This document shows positions 1-8,912 of a stretch of 64,000 nt of DNA, piece after piece. A program made the position numbers and the translations under genes. The notes below the pieces were generated by a model. The model did no database searches, was not told the origin of the DNA, and worked only from the letters and a program-made list of their open reading frames with translations. Each line of letters opens with the position of its first letter. Position 1 is the first letter of the stretch. The stretch comes from a virus: the IMG/VR virus record IMGVR_UViG_3300028571_000009. One strand, given 5' to 3'.

Positions 1-711
1 GAAATATTCAAAGGTGATTTAGAATTGGAAGGAAAAGCCAGCTGGACCTGTGATTCTACAAGCCAATGGTTATGGCGAGGTGAAGAAAAATCATTTCAGT
101 ATATTATTGACCGTTGGAAAGAGCAAGGTATCTATGAAGATATTAAGTCAGGTGTAATCCATATTATCTGGACTGGTGGAGAACCAACGCTACCTAGACA
201 TCAAGAAGCTATTGTTAATTTTACTAAATATTGGGTGACACAGGACCCAAAAGTAGAAAATAAATTAAGACAATATAATATAGTTAGTTTCGAGCCATAC
301 TATATAAATAGAACTTCCGGTTTCTATGAAATAGAAACAAATGGTACAATCTATATAGAACAAGAATTGTTCGAATATTTAAACCAAATAAATTGTAGTC
401 CAAAATTATCCGATTCTGGTATGACCGCTAAACAGCGTATTAACCCAGATGCTATCAAACGTATTATGGACCATAAAAACTATCAATTCAAGTTTGTAAT
501 TAGTACAGAAGATGATGTGAAAGAAATGTTTCGTGATTTCATAGAACCATTTAACATTCCGTTAAAAAATGTGTATTGTATGCCGGGTCTAGATAATAGA
601 GAAGATTTTCACGAAAGAACACGATTCGTATTTGAAATGGCTAAGAAGTATAAATTTATTGGTAGTACAAGACTTCACATCAGTTGCTGGGATAAAACCT
701 TAAACGTATGA
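1..711 (+). CDS. queE: 7-carboxy-7-deazaguanine synthase QueE (radical SAM), 5' end outside window
   Basis: Frame open from base 1; WTCDS (last Cys of the CxxxCxxC motif), WTGGEP, IETNGT, NCSPKL, C-terminal RLH; sits near folE and dpdA. Confidence 0.9.
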   Translation, partial: EIFKGDLELEGKASWTCDSTSQWLWRGEEKSFQYIIDRWKEQGIYEDIKSGVIHIIWTGGEPTLPRHQEAIVNFTKYWVTQDPKVENKLRQYNIVSFEPYYINRTSGFYEIETNGTIYIEQELFEYLNQINCSPKLSDSGMTAKQRINPDAIKRIMDHKNYQFKFVISTEDDVKEMFRDFIEPFNIPLKNVYCMPGLDNREDFHERTRFVFEMAKKYKFIGSTRLHISCWDKTLNV

Positions 712-875
712 TACAGTTTGATAAACTCGGTTATTACTGGATTCTATGGAGCGACGGTGACGATGGAATCATGTTGTACCAACCGTCAGATAATACTACC
801 GGACTAACTCCGTTAGCGTATTTAGGTGTTGGATTTGATGAATTCACGAAAATGTATAAAACTATCGCATCATGA
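708..875 (+). CDS. hypothetical protein, 55 aa (not in ORF track)
   Basis: ATGA overlaps with queE stop and with next gene start; open frame MIQFDKLGYYW... Confidence 0.6.
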   Translation: MIQFDKLGYYWILWSDGDDGIMLYQPSDNTTGLTPLAYLGVGFDEFTKMYKTIAS

Positions 876-1072
876 ATCACGAACGCGTAGGTCGTTTACG
901 GCAATTACTGGTGGATTATAAAGATATACAACGAACATCTGAACAGCTTGTCCCATCCAATGCACTAGAAATGCGATTAAAATCGATTATGCAACAAATG
1001 GCAAAAGCGAATGTTGAAATTATAAAAATTATTGAAGCGGAATTAACTAAAGAATTACAAAATGAAAATTAA
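872..1072 (+). CDS. hypothetical protein
   Basis: Tightly packed ORF with overlapping start/stop. Confidence 0.6.
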   Translation: MNHERVGRLRQLLVDYKDIQRTSEQLVPSNALEMRLKSIMQQMAKANVEIIKIIEAELTKELQNEN

Positions 1073-1298
1073 AGTAACACAAGAAAACCATTATGTGGTA
1101 GAAACACGTGGCATTAAGAAAGGTGATGTACTTACCGTTAGAAGTTTCGGTCAAGCAGAGCAAGCAAAACGTGGGAAAGCATATTTAGTCGACGGTAAGA
1201 CGGCTGGTAGTGCTCCTATTGTGATATATGAAGATGAATGCGAAATAGTCGCCGAGCGTAGTAAGCGAGCAATTAACAATCCAACAACACCATTCTAA
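1062..1298 (+). CDS. hypothetical protein
   Basis: Tightly packed ORF. Confidence 0.6.
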   Translation: MKIKVTQENHYVVETRGIKKGDVLTVRSFGQAEQAKRGKAYLVDGKTAGSAPIVIYEDECEIVAERSKRAINNPTTPF

Positions 1299-1299
1299 T

Positions 1300-1641
1300 A
1301 TGAAAGCACTATACACAAAATTTTTGAATTTTCTTCGCAACCGGTCAAACCCGAAAGTATTACGTACCGATTTAGTTACGTATAAATCAATACGTAAACA
1401 GGTCGACCTAGTTAATCAGCTGGTAATTAAGCCTGATTTTATGGCGCGCAATAACAACCCGTATTTTGATAAAATCAACCTACATGAATATAATTTAGAT
1501 TTATTGTCTGAGGAAGCGAAGCAAAAGATTGTATATGTTATTCATGAAGACAATATTATTAGAGCTAATGAGTTTGAAACTCGAGTATGTGTAGCTAATA
1601 ATGGTGTTGGGTACAATGACGTCATGACACTTCCGGAATGA
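1300..1641 (+). CDS. hypothetical protein
   Basis: Tightly packed ORF. Confidence 0.6.
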   Translation: MKALYTKFLNFLRNRSNPKVLRTDLVTYKSIRKQVDLVNQLVIKPDFMARNNNPYFDKINLHEYNLDLLSEEAKQKIVYVIHEDNIIRANEFETRVCVANNGVGYNDVMTLPE

Positions 1642-1901
1642 AAAAGAAAGCTGCAAAGAAGCGTGCTAAACGCGAGGCAAAAGTTAAGGAGCATCAGTAT
1701 GAACGCATATGTACAATACAAAAGGTTCAACATCAATACGATTGGTGCTTACTAGAAATTCCTTGGATATCTACTAATAAGACACACGCAAAAACCGAAT
1801 ATCTTGGATTAGGTACTATCCATTCAATAGATGGAGTTAAACGAACCGATAAACGGTTATATCACTTCTTTAAGAAAATCACAAAACGAAAAGTAAAATG
1901 A
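1638..1901 (+). CDS. hypothetical basic protein
   Basis: ATGA overlaps at both ends. Confidence 0.6.
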   Translation: MKKKAAKKRAKREAKVKEHQYERICTIQKVQHQYDWCLLEIPWISTNKTHAKTEYLGLGTIHSIDGVKRTDKRLYHFFKKITKRKVK

Positions 1902-2533
1902 GAAGAAAAAGAATAGTGTGTTTCGACTTTGAAACAACCGGCTTGGACTTTATTAAAGACCAACCAATTCAATATGCTGCACAATCTGTAGAAGTTGATG
2001 GTAGTATGAAATCAATTACGGGCTTCATAAATTATGATGGTACATTATCAGAAATCATTAAGAACCTAACCGGTATTGATGATAGCATATTACGTCAGCA
2101 CGGTGAGCCATACGAAGCCGGTATGGAGAAGCTACTTAAATTTATCGGAGTGAATAAAATATGTCCAGATAATGATACAATATTAGTTGGACATAATATG
2201 TTAAACTTCGATATTCATTTTCTTGATATGGCGTGCGGTAAGCTCGGATATGACACGATTAACCCAAGACTCTATTGGGACACTGCGGGGTGCTATAAAG
2301 CTCATAAACTAGCGCTAGTAAAGAGCGAGAGTGAAACTGTAGCTGAGTTCCATAAACGTGGTTTAGATACATACGCAAAAGGGCTTAAATTTAGGCTACC
2401 GGTTGTATGCGAAGCGATGGGTGTTGAATTTAAAGAAGACCATAGAGCAGATAGTGATACCGCAGCAACTCTTAAAGTATTCCTTAAACAAGCACAACTT
2501 TATAACAATCATTTCCACGAATTATTAAATTAA
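1898..2533 (+). CDS. DEDDh 3'-5' exonuclease (DnaQ-like)
   Basis: DFETTG, GHNMLNFD, HRADSD motifs. Confidence 0.85.
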   Translation: MRRKRIVCFDFETTGLDFIKDQPIQYAAQSVEVDGSMKSITGFINYDGTLSEIIKNLTGIDDSILRQHGEPYEAGMEKLLKFIGVNKICPDNDTILVGHNMLNFDIHFLDMACGKLGYDTINPRLYWDTAGCYKAHKLALVKSESETVAEFHKRGLDTYAKGLKFRLPVVCEAMGVEFKEDHRADSDTAATLKVFLKQAQLYNNHFHELLN

Positions 2534-2559
2534 TTCAATAATTTTCCTTATATTAAGTT

Positions 2560-2919
2560 ATGACTCGAATAAATGTAGGCGTACCGCCACGTGAATTGAC
2601 AGGTAGACATTTAATAGCTGAACATAGAGAAATTAAAAGAATTCCAAATACCGTACGAAGCGGTAAGGCTGTTATTAAGAATATACCCGAATCGTTTACG
2701 TTAGGCCCGGGACACGTTAAATTCTTCTACAATAAATTGAAATATCTTAAAAATCGATACGAAGAGATTTACTCTGAATGTAAAGCCCGCGGATATAATG
2801 TTACATACTTCGGCGATGCGTGGGATAGTATACCAGTACATTTAATGAATGACTATACACCTGCAGCACGCGACAGAGACATTATATTACAGCGTATTCA
2901 TGAAAGATTATCTTCATAG
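2560..2919 (+). CDS. denV: pyrimidine dimer DNA glycosylase (T4 endonuclease V-like)
   Basis: MTRIN...HLIAEHREIKRI, LGPGHVKFFY signature. Confidence 0.9.
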   Translation: MTRINVGVPPRELTGRHLIAEHREIKRIPNTVRSGKAVIKNIPESFTLGPGHVKFFYNKLKYLKNRYEEIYSECKARGYNVTYFGDAWDSIPVHLMNDYTPAARDRDIILQRIHERLSS

Positions 2920-2973
2920 ATATTTTAACGACTCAACAATTTTTCTTATATTAATACAAAATAAATAATCTAC

Positions 2974-3006
2974 ATGATTGAATATCCAAAAATGTTGACT
3001 CAATGA
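2974..3006 (+). pseudogene. orphaned 5' remnant of dpdA (MIEYPKMLTQ*)
   Basis: Matches dpdA N-terminus MTVYPKM and has a similar TATATT...AAAATAAAT leader; lies just before the HNH cassette. Confidence 0.55.
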
Positions 3007-3015
3007 TATTTATAC

Positions 3016-3078
3016 TAAACCGAAAGGTTACCTGGAACGGTATTGGTTTGGCGACTTTATATTAGTTCCAGGTTTTTT
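3016..3078 (+). ncRNA. candidate antisense small RNA / terminator upstream of HNH-1
   Basis: AACC-GAAA-GGTT hairpin, 9-bp stem 3030-3038/3065-3073 plus T-tract; loop 3040-3052 complementary to 3102-3114. Confidence 0.55.
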
Positions 3079-3116
3079 ATTTTCTAGATATTTATATGTA
3101 AGCCAAATCAATACAT

Positions 3117-3932
3117 ATGAATTACCAAAGAATCTACGATTCGATTATCAATAACGCAAAGTTATTAGAAGAGTCAAGAAAATTACAAAAGAAGCAGAAA
3201 CTTAATTATTTCGAACGACATCACATTTTACCGAAATGTTTGGGTGGTAATAATGATGAAAGTAATCTAGTTTATCTAACGGCAAAAGAGCATTATCTTT
3301 GTCATCGATTATTAGTTGAAATATATCCTGAAAATAGAAAGTTGAAATATGCTATTTGGTTAATGGTAAGCGGATATAGTATAACCAAACAACGATACAT
3401 CCCTTGTAGTAGAATATATGAGCAAATTAAACGATTACATGCAGATAATGTAGCCGCTCAATTTATTGGTAAGCCCAAATCTATTGAACATCGCAAGAAA
3501 TTATCTGATAGCAATATCGGCAAAACATTATCGATTGAACGTAGATTGAAAATGTCCAATACGCTACGTGGTATGAAGAAGTCCGAGGAGACTAAACGTC
3601 GGATGACTAAACCGAAGCCAATTGTTACTTGTCCGCATTGCGGAGTAACCGGGGGCAAAAATACTATGGTCCAATGGCACTTTGATAACTGTAAATCACT
3701 GCCCGGTAATGAACACATACATGATATTAGAACTAATACATTACATGAATGCCCGAAATGTGGTATAAAAAGTACAGCATTATCAAATATGGTTCGATAT
3801 CATTTTGAAAATTGCGGAAAGAAAGTTGATTTACGAAAATGTCCATATTGTGGAAAAGAAATGGATGCTAGAAATGCTAAGAAGTATCATTTCGATAATT
3901 GTAAGTTAAAGAATTTGGTAATTGTAAGATAA
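3117..3932 (+). CDS. free-standing HNH homing endonuclease with NUMOD3-like and C2HC Zn-finger repeats
   Basis: ERHHILPKCLGG...NLVYLTAKEHYLCH; three CxxC...HFxNC repeats. Confidence 0.85.
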   Translation: MNYQRIYDSIINNAKLLEESRKLQKKQKLNYFERHHILPKCLGGNNDESNLVYLTAKEHYLCHRLLVEIYPENRKLKYAIWLMVSGYSITKQRYIPCSRIYEQIKRLHADNVAAQFIGKPKSIEHRKKLSDSNIGKTLSIERRLKMSNTLRGMKKSEETKRRMTKPKPIVTCPHCGVTGGKNTMVQWHFDNCKSLPGNEHIHDIRTNTLHECPKCGIKSTALSNMVRYHFENCGKKVDLRKCPYCGKEMDARNAKKYHFDNCKLKNLVIVR

Positions 3933-3943
3933 ATTGTTATATT
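3915..3943 (+). promoter_or_regulatory. promoter TTGG-N19-TATATT driving dpdA
   Basis: Bipartite motif recurring about 20 times upstream of starts. Confidence 0.65.
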
Positions 3944-3961
3944 AGAAAAATAAATTAAACT

Positions 3962-5200
3962 ATGACCGTATACCCTAAAATGCAATACTATCCGAGCTTT
4001 TCGACCGGCGAATTTGCAAACGACTGTAAAGACCCTAATAAGTTACTAGGAGGTAAACTTACTCCAAGATTCTACTCCAAAGAATTCCCCCAAGAATTTC
4101 AGCATCCATACTTCCTATTAACTGCGGGTCACTTATATAAGAAAATGGATATCCGCAAAACGATGGGCCTGGAGGATGCTCTAGTAATGGGTGATTCTGG
4201 TGGATATCAAATTGCAATGGGTGCAATGAAATGGGACATGTCCGTTAGACAGCAAATATTTGAATGGCTAGAAGCTAACTCAGATATTGCTATGAATATA
4301 GATATTCCACCCTACGGAGACATGACCGGTAAATTTGACGAATGTATTGATATCAGTTATGATAACTTTAAGTATTTCGAAAAAAATCAGACAGGCAAAA
4401 CTAAGTTCCTGAATGTGATTCAAGGTAATAACTTCCAGCAACGTCTTAAATGGTACGATAAGGTTAAAGACTTTGAATTCAAAGGTTGGTCATGTGGCGG
4501 GTGCCGTCTACCATATAGATTAGCGGCTAATATGACTGCCCTAATTGAAGGTAAAGAACACTTAAAGGACCGCAACGAATATCTTCACATATTAGGTACG
4601 ACAAAAATATCAGATTTCTTCTTCTTATCACAATTACAGAAATCATTGGTAGAAGTAGGTTCTAAAATGCGAGTTACAACTGATTCAAGCTCACCATCTC
4701 GGTCAGTAGCATTCGGATTGTATTATGTCGGTGCAAACCTTAATCTGGATACGTTTAAATCATTACATATTCCAAAAGCAATTTCTACTAATAAGGCGTT
4801 TGTTGCTCCGGATTGTTTACAAACAATCTTACCGCATCAACTAGATATGCCAATGCCAGCATCAACAGAATTTGATAAAATTATCAAAGGAATGTATACA
4901 TATGGTGACTGTGTGAATAATCTTAATGATAGCACAATGTTCATGACGTTGCATAATTTTATGCTATATCAGGATGTACAAACTGTAATTGCTGACTTCG
5001 TATATCATCATGACTATTTGCTTGAGCAAGTAACATCAAAAGATACATTCCACGTAATGCGAATATTAGATGAGATTATTAAGAGTGATAATCCGAGAAA
5101 GGTTCTACTGAAAAATGAATCGTATCTAATCGGATTGTCGACAGTAATCAATAATTCAACAGTTAAAGATAATAGTATTTCAGAATTTTTCACAGTATAA
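3962..5200 (+). CDS. dpdA: DpdA-like deazaguanine transglycosylase (TGT fold)
   Basis: DSGGYQ, NIDIP, VIQG, CGG, HILG, TDSSS, LHN motifs in TGT order; clustered with folE and queE. Confidence 0.8.
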   Translation: MTVYPKMQYYPSFSTGEFANDCKDPNKLLGGKLTPRFYSKEFPQEFQHPYFLLTAGHLYKKMDIRKTMGLEDALVMGDSGGYQIAMGAMKWDMSVRQQIFEWLEANSDIAMNIDIPPYGDMTGKFDECIDISYDNFKYFEKNQTGKTKFLNVIQGNNFQQRLKWYDKVKDFEFKGWSCGGCRLPYRLAANMTALIEGKEHLKDRNEYLHILGTTKISDFFFLSQLQKSLVEVGSKMRVTTDSSSPSRSVAFGLYYVGANLNLDTFKSLHIPKAISTNKAFVAPDCLQTILPHQLDMPMPASTEFDKIIKGMYTYGDCVNNLNDSTMFMTLHNFMLYQDVQTVIADFVYHHDYLLEQVTSKDTFHVMRILDEIIKSDNPRKVLLKNESYLIGLSTVINNSTVKDNSISEFFTV

Positions 5201-5209
5201 ACATAAAAC

Positions 5210-5512
5210 ATGGACGCAACAAGAATTAAACCACTCGGAGACAGAGTGTTAGTAAAAGAAAAGAAAGCAGAACAAACCACTGCATCAGGTATTATCATCC
5301 CGGATTCTGTAAGAAATGATTTAGCCAAGTATGGTGAAGTAATTTCGGTAGGCCCGGGAATATTCACGCAGAATGGTGTACTAATTCCTATGACAGTAAA
5401 AGTGGGTGATACGGTATTAATGCCCGCCTATGAAACAAGCGGTACAACAGTTAAATTCGATGGTGTAGAATATACATTAATTCGTGAAGCTGAGTTATTA
5501 ATGGTAGCATAA
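5210..5512 (+). CDS. groES: co-chaperonin GroES
   Basis: IKPLGDRVLV, TASGIIIPD, VKVGDTVL, LIREAEL. Confidence 0.95.
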   Translation: MDATRIKPLGDRVLVKEKKAEQTTASGIIIPDSVRNDLAKYGEVISVGPGIFTQNGVLIPMTVKVGDTVLMPAYETSGTTVKFDGVEYTLIREAELLMVA

Positions 5513-5529
5513 TTATTTCTTTGTAAGTA

Positions 5530-5558
5530 TTGGTTTTGACCAACTTTTACATTATATT
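5530..5558 (+). promoter_or_regulatory. promoter TTGG-N19-TATATT
   Basis: Family consensus. Confidence 0.55.
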
Positions 5559-5634
5559 CAATTATTATTAACTTATTACTTATTAACTAATGCATAGATT
5601 TTGGTGCTGCGAGCATATATTTATTTAAAAAGAT

Positions 5635-6486
5635 ATGCAGTCAACATTAGTAACATGTGCCATTTGTAATAAACAATACAAATATATAAATAATACACAT
5701 CTTAAACAACATGGTCTGACTATAAAAGAATACAGACTTAAATTCCCCGAGTCAATTATTTGGAGCAATGATTTACGTAAGATGTTAAACACCGCGCACA
5801 CCGGTAAATCATACGAGGAAATAATGGGAGTGAATAAGGCTACACAAATGCGAGAGTTGCGTCGAAAGAGTGCAATAGCACAAATGCTTTCAGCAGACCA
5901 AATTGCTATTCGAAAGGAAAAATGTGGCGCAGCAATACATTATACCGAACAGCGAAAACATAATATGTCAAAAGGTATAACCGCTGATACTATTTCTCAA
6001 AGACGTGCCACTATAGAAAAAATTTATGGTTCGTATAATGAATGTATGCGAAGAGCATTTCCGGGCGGTAGAACATCTAAGTCAGCTAAATCATATATTG
6101 AAAAGTTTCTTGTAGAGCGGAATATCAATCCAGAGCGTTGTATGTATGAAGGTGGAGGCGTTACTGGAAAGGAATTCTATCAACAAATCATGTTACATGG
6201 TAAGAAGAAATTTGTAATGTATGATTTAGTAGTGTTTAAGAATTTGGATTTTCACGAAATTGACCTTATATTAGAATTTAATGGCCCATATCACTTTAAA
6301 TTACTTGACGTAGAACGGACACCCGATTTAAAATCAGTATACTTTTTAGATAAATGTGAGACCGTTAAATACTCGTACGAAAAAGATATTGCTAAATTAA
6401 ATCATGCGTTAACATTAACGAACAACGTATACATATATTGGCAGAAAGATAAACAATTAATAAAATATGAAGGACTCAACTATTAA
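5635..6486 (+). CDS. putative free-standing endonuclease (N-terminal Zn finger, C-terminal PD-(D/E)XK/Vsr-like)
   Basis: CAIC...HLKQHG; YDL...LEFNGPYH; overlaps folE start by 20 nt. Confidence 0.6.
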   Translation: MQSTLVTCAICNKQYKYINNTHLKQHGLTIKEYRLKFPESIIWSNDLRKMLNTAHTGKSYEEIMGVNKATQMRELRRKSAIAQMLSADQIAIRKEKCGAAIHYTEQRKHNMSKGITADTISQRRATIEKIYGSYNECMRRAFPGGRTSKSAKSYIEKFLVERNINPERCMYEGGGVTGKEFYQQIMLHGKKKFVMYDLVVFKNLDFHEIDLILEFNGPYHFKLLDVERTPDLKSVYFLDKCETVKYSYEKDIAKLNHALTLTNNVYIYWQKDKQLIKYEGLNY

Positions 6487-7075
6487 ACTATCAAGTAAAC
6501 AAATTATTAAAGCTTCGAAAACTTTCGGTAAATTTCTAGTAGATTTAGGATTTACTGACTATTTACAGAATCCGCATATGGCTGATACTCCGATGCGAGT
6601 AACTAGAGCATATGTTGAAGACTTATTTAAAGGAATTTATACAGACCCCCCTAAGATAACAGCTTTCGAAAACACGAACGGGTATGACGGCCTAGTATTT
6701 CAGGGCGATATTGAAGTAAAAAGTTGTTGTAGTCATCATTTTCTCCCTTTCATTGGTAAAGCTCACGTGTCGTATATACCGGGCAAGGCTGACCAAGTTG
6801 TCGGCCTATCTAAGTTAAATAGAATTGTAGAATGGTTCGCCAGACGTCCACAGGTGCAAGAAAATTTAACAATGCAAATTCATGATTTCATTAATACCGC
6901 AATACCCGGTAATAAAGGCGTTGCAGTTGTTATTGGCGCCAAACATATGTGTGCATCTTGCCGCGGCGTTCGACATGATTCCACAATGATGACAAGCAAG
7001 TTATCCGGGGCGTATGAAACTAATGATGCCACTAGAAATGAATTTTATAAGTTTATCGAAATGTTACACAAATGA
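6467..7075 (+). CDS. folE: GTP cyclohydrolase I
   Basis: DTPMRV, SCCSHHFLPF, GLSKLNR, RRPQVQE, HMCASCRG. Confidence 0.95.
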   Translation: MKDSTIKLSSKQIIKASKTFGKFLVDLGFTDYLQNPHMADTPMRVTRAYVEDLFKGIYTDPPKITAFENTNGYDGLVFQGDIEVKSCCSHHFLPFIGKAHVSYIPGKADQVVGLSKLNRIVEWFARRPQVQENLTMQIHDFINTAIPGNKGVAVVIGAKHMCASCRGVRHDSTMMTSKLSGAYETNDATRNEFYKFIEMLHK

Positions 7076-8010
7076 ACGTATTAGTAGTAGGATTAGGTAT
7101 TGGTAAGTTATATGTAGAACAAGCCACAAAGTTAGGATGGTACGTCGACACAGTTGATGTCAACCCAAATGCCGGAGCCACATTTACATCAGTGCCAATG
7201 GATATGAAGTATGATTTGGGCATAGTATGTGTTCCGAATTATTTACATTTAGATATCGCAGCTCAATTAATTGCTATATGTGATAAAGTGCTAGTTGAAA
7301 AACCGGGCTTTGCCACTAAGCAAGAGTGGGTAGAATTCTCACAGCAGTATCCGAATAGAGTATTTCTAGTTAAGAATAACTGTTTCCGTGATATCTTCTA
7401 TGGTATGGGTTTGAACTTTGATAAGATTGAATCAATACATTTTAATTGGTTAAACAGAAATAGAGTTCCGAAACCGGGTAGTTGGTTTACAACAAAAGAA
7501 AAAGCATTTGGTGGTGTATCAAGAGATTTACTACCACATTTAATTCAGGCAGCCGTTGCAATGGTTAGATACGATATTGATAATTTAGCATTTGTCGGTG
7601 GAGTTAAACAACAGAATTTTGAATTGGCTGATATTGTGAAAGATAGTGACCGGCCCGGTAATTACGCATATGGTGAGATTGACCCGAATGGTACATATGA
7701 TGTAGATGACCTAACTCAGGCAGAGTTCCTGTATGGTGATGTTTCTATCATATGTACCGCGACTTGGAAAAGCAAGAGACGAATTTATGAATCACGATTA
7801 GAATGGGTAATACAGTTTAAAGATGGTACCGAAATGAAATATAACGCAGGATTGTGTCCTGATTATGCTTACGGTACAATGCTAGAAGCCATTATGCAAG
7901 AACAAGCTCCGGCCAATTTAGAAATTCACCGCAAAATGGACGAACTCGTTCATGAAGTGATTGACAATTTATTAGAAGTTACAAAAGAATTCAACCCAGT
8001 AAAAGTATGA
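7072..8010 (+). CDS. Gfo/Idh/MocA family oxidoreductase
   Basis: Rossmann VVGLGIG, LVEKPG, GGVSRDLLPH. Confidence 0.8.
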   Translation: MNVLVVGLGIGKLYVEQATKLGWYVDTVDVNPNAGATFTSVPMDMKYDLGIVCVPNYLHLDIAAQLIAICDKVLVEKPGFATKQEWVEFSQQYPNRVFLVKNNCFRDIFYGMGLNFDKIESIHFNWLNRNRVPKPGSWFTTKEKAFGGVSRDLLPHLIQAAVAMVRYDIDNLAFVGGVKQQNFELADIVKDSDRPGNYAYGEIDPNGTYDVDDLTQAEFLYGDVSIICTATWKSKRRIYESRLEWVIQFKDGTEMKYNAGLCPDYAYGTMLEAIMQEQAPANLEIHRKMDELVHEVIDNLLEVTKEFNPVKV

Positions 8011-8078
8011 AAGTAGAATTATTACATGATATTGTGTGATTTAGGCCTAACTTGCATATATTTATATAAAAGAATAAA

Positions 8079-8912
8079 ATGGAATCAATTTCATATGTAT
8101 ATGTGTATTTAGACCCTAGTAGCCCCGGTGAATTTAAGTATATGTCGAAATCTAAAGATATGATTTATGAATTTAATCATAAACCTTTTTATGTGGGCAA
8201 AGGAAGAAATTCACGCATGTATGACCATTTAAACAACAGTAGTATAATAGAGAATTATGCAAAACATCGAACTATACGGAAATTAGTTAACTTGTTCGGA
8301 AAATCCACCGTAAAGTCTTTTGTAATAAAATTTGCCGATAATTTAAGTAATGAGGCCGCGTTCGCTCTTGAGATTGATATGATTATGAGTATAGGCCGAT
8401 TAATAGATGGCGGACCGTTGACAAATATTTTAGTGGATTCAAATCTACCGCCCGATAATACCGGTGTAATTAGGGACACGGCTTATTGTGAGAAAATGCC
8501 ACGTACTAGACGCGGGGCAAATAACCCTAACGCCCTACTTACCGACAGCCAAGCAAAAGATATTTTCTTTGACCCGAGAACTATACCGGTTATTGCAAAG
8601 GAATATAGTGTCGCGCAGGGCAGAGTTCGTGATATAAAATTGGGACTATATTATGCTGATGCTACTGGGTTTAATGAAGGTAAGCTACCGAAACTACCAA
8701 TAAATAGTAAATATTTAGACCCTAGATATATCACCTGTGATGAAATACTAGATATTAAAAATTTAATCGAAATCAAAAACTATACATATAAACAAGTGCA
8801 GGTTGTACATAATTACAGTCTGGACTTTCTATTAAAATTAAAAAAATTAAGTTATGCAAACCGAACATACAAAAACAGAGACCGGTATAAATTACTTTCA
8901 TACAACCGGTAA
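8079..8912 (+). CDS. GIY-YIG-type (Seg/LEM-3-like) homing endonuclease
   Basis: YVYVYLDP...PFYVGKG...R; GANNPNALLT DNA-binding motif. Confidence 0.7.
   Translation: MESISYVYVYLDPSSPGEFKYMSKSKDMIYEFNHKPFYVGKGRNSRMYDHLNNSSIIENYAKHRTIRKLVNLFGKSTVKSFVIKFADNLSNEAAFALEIDMIMSIGRLIDGGPLTNILVDSNLPPDNTGVIRDTAYCEKMPRTRRGANNPNALLTDSQAKDIFFDPRTIPVIAKEYSVAQGRVRDIKLGLYYADATGFNEGKLPKLPINSKYLDPRYITCDEILDIKNLIEIKNYTYKQVQVVHNYSLDFLLKLKKLSYANRTYKNRDRYKLLSYNR

Noticed and set aside
3962-5200. Ordinary tRNA-guanine transglycosylase (tgt) for queuosine
   Set aside because: Lacks the CxCxxC Zn motif of bacterial TGT; no queA, queF or queC nearby; phage context next to polB favours DNA-level DpdA.
5560-5590. TTATTAAC/TTATTAC short repeats
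   Set aside because: Low-complexity AT-rich leader; not distinguishable from chance.
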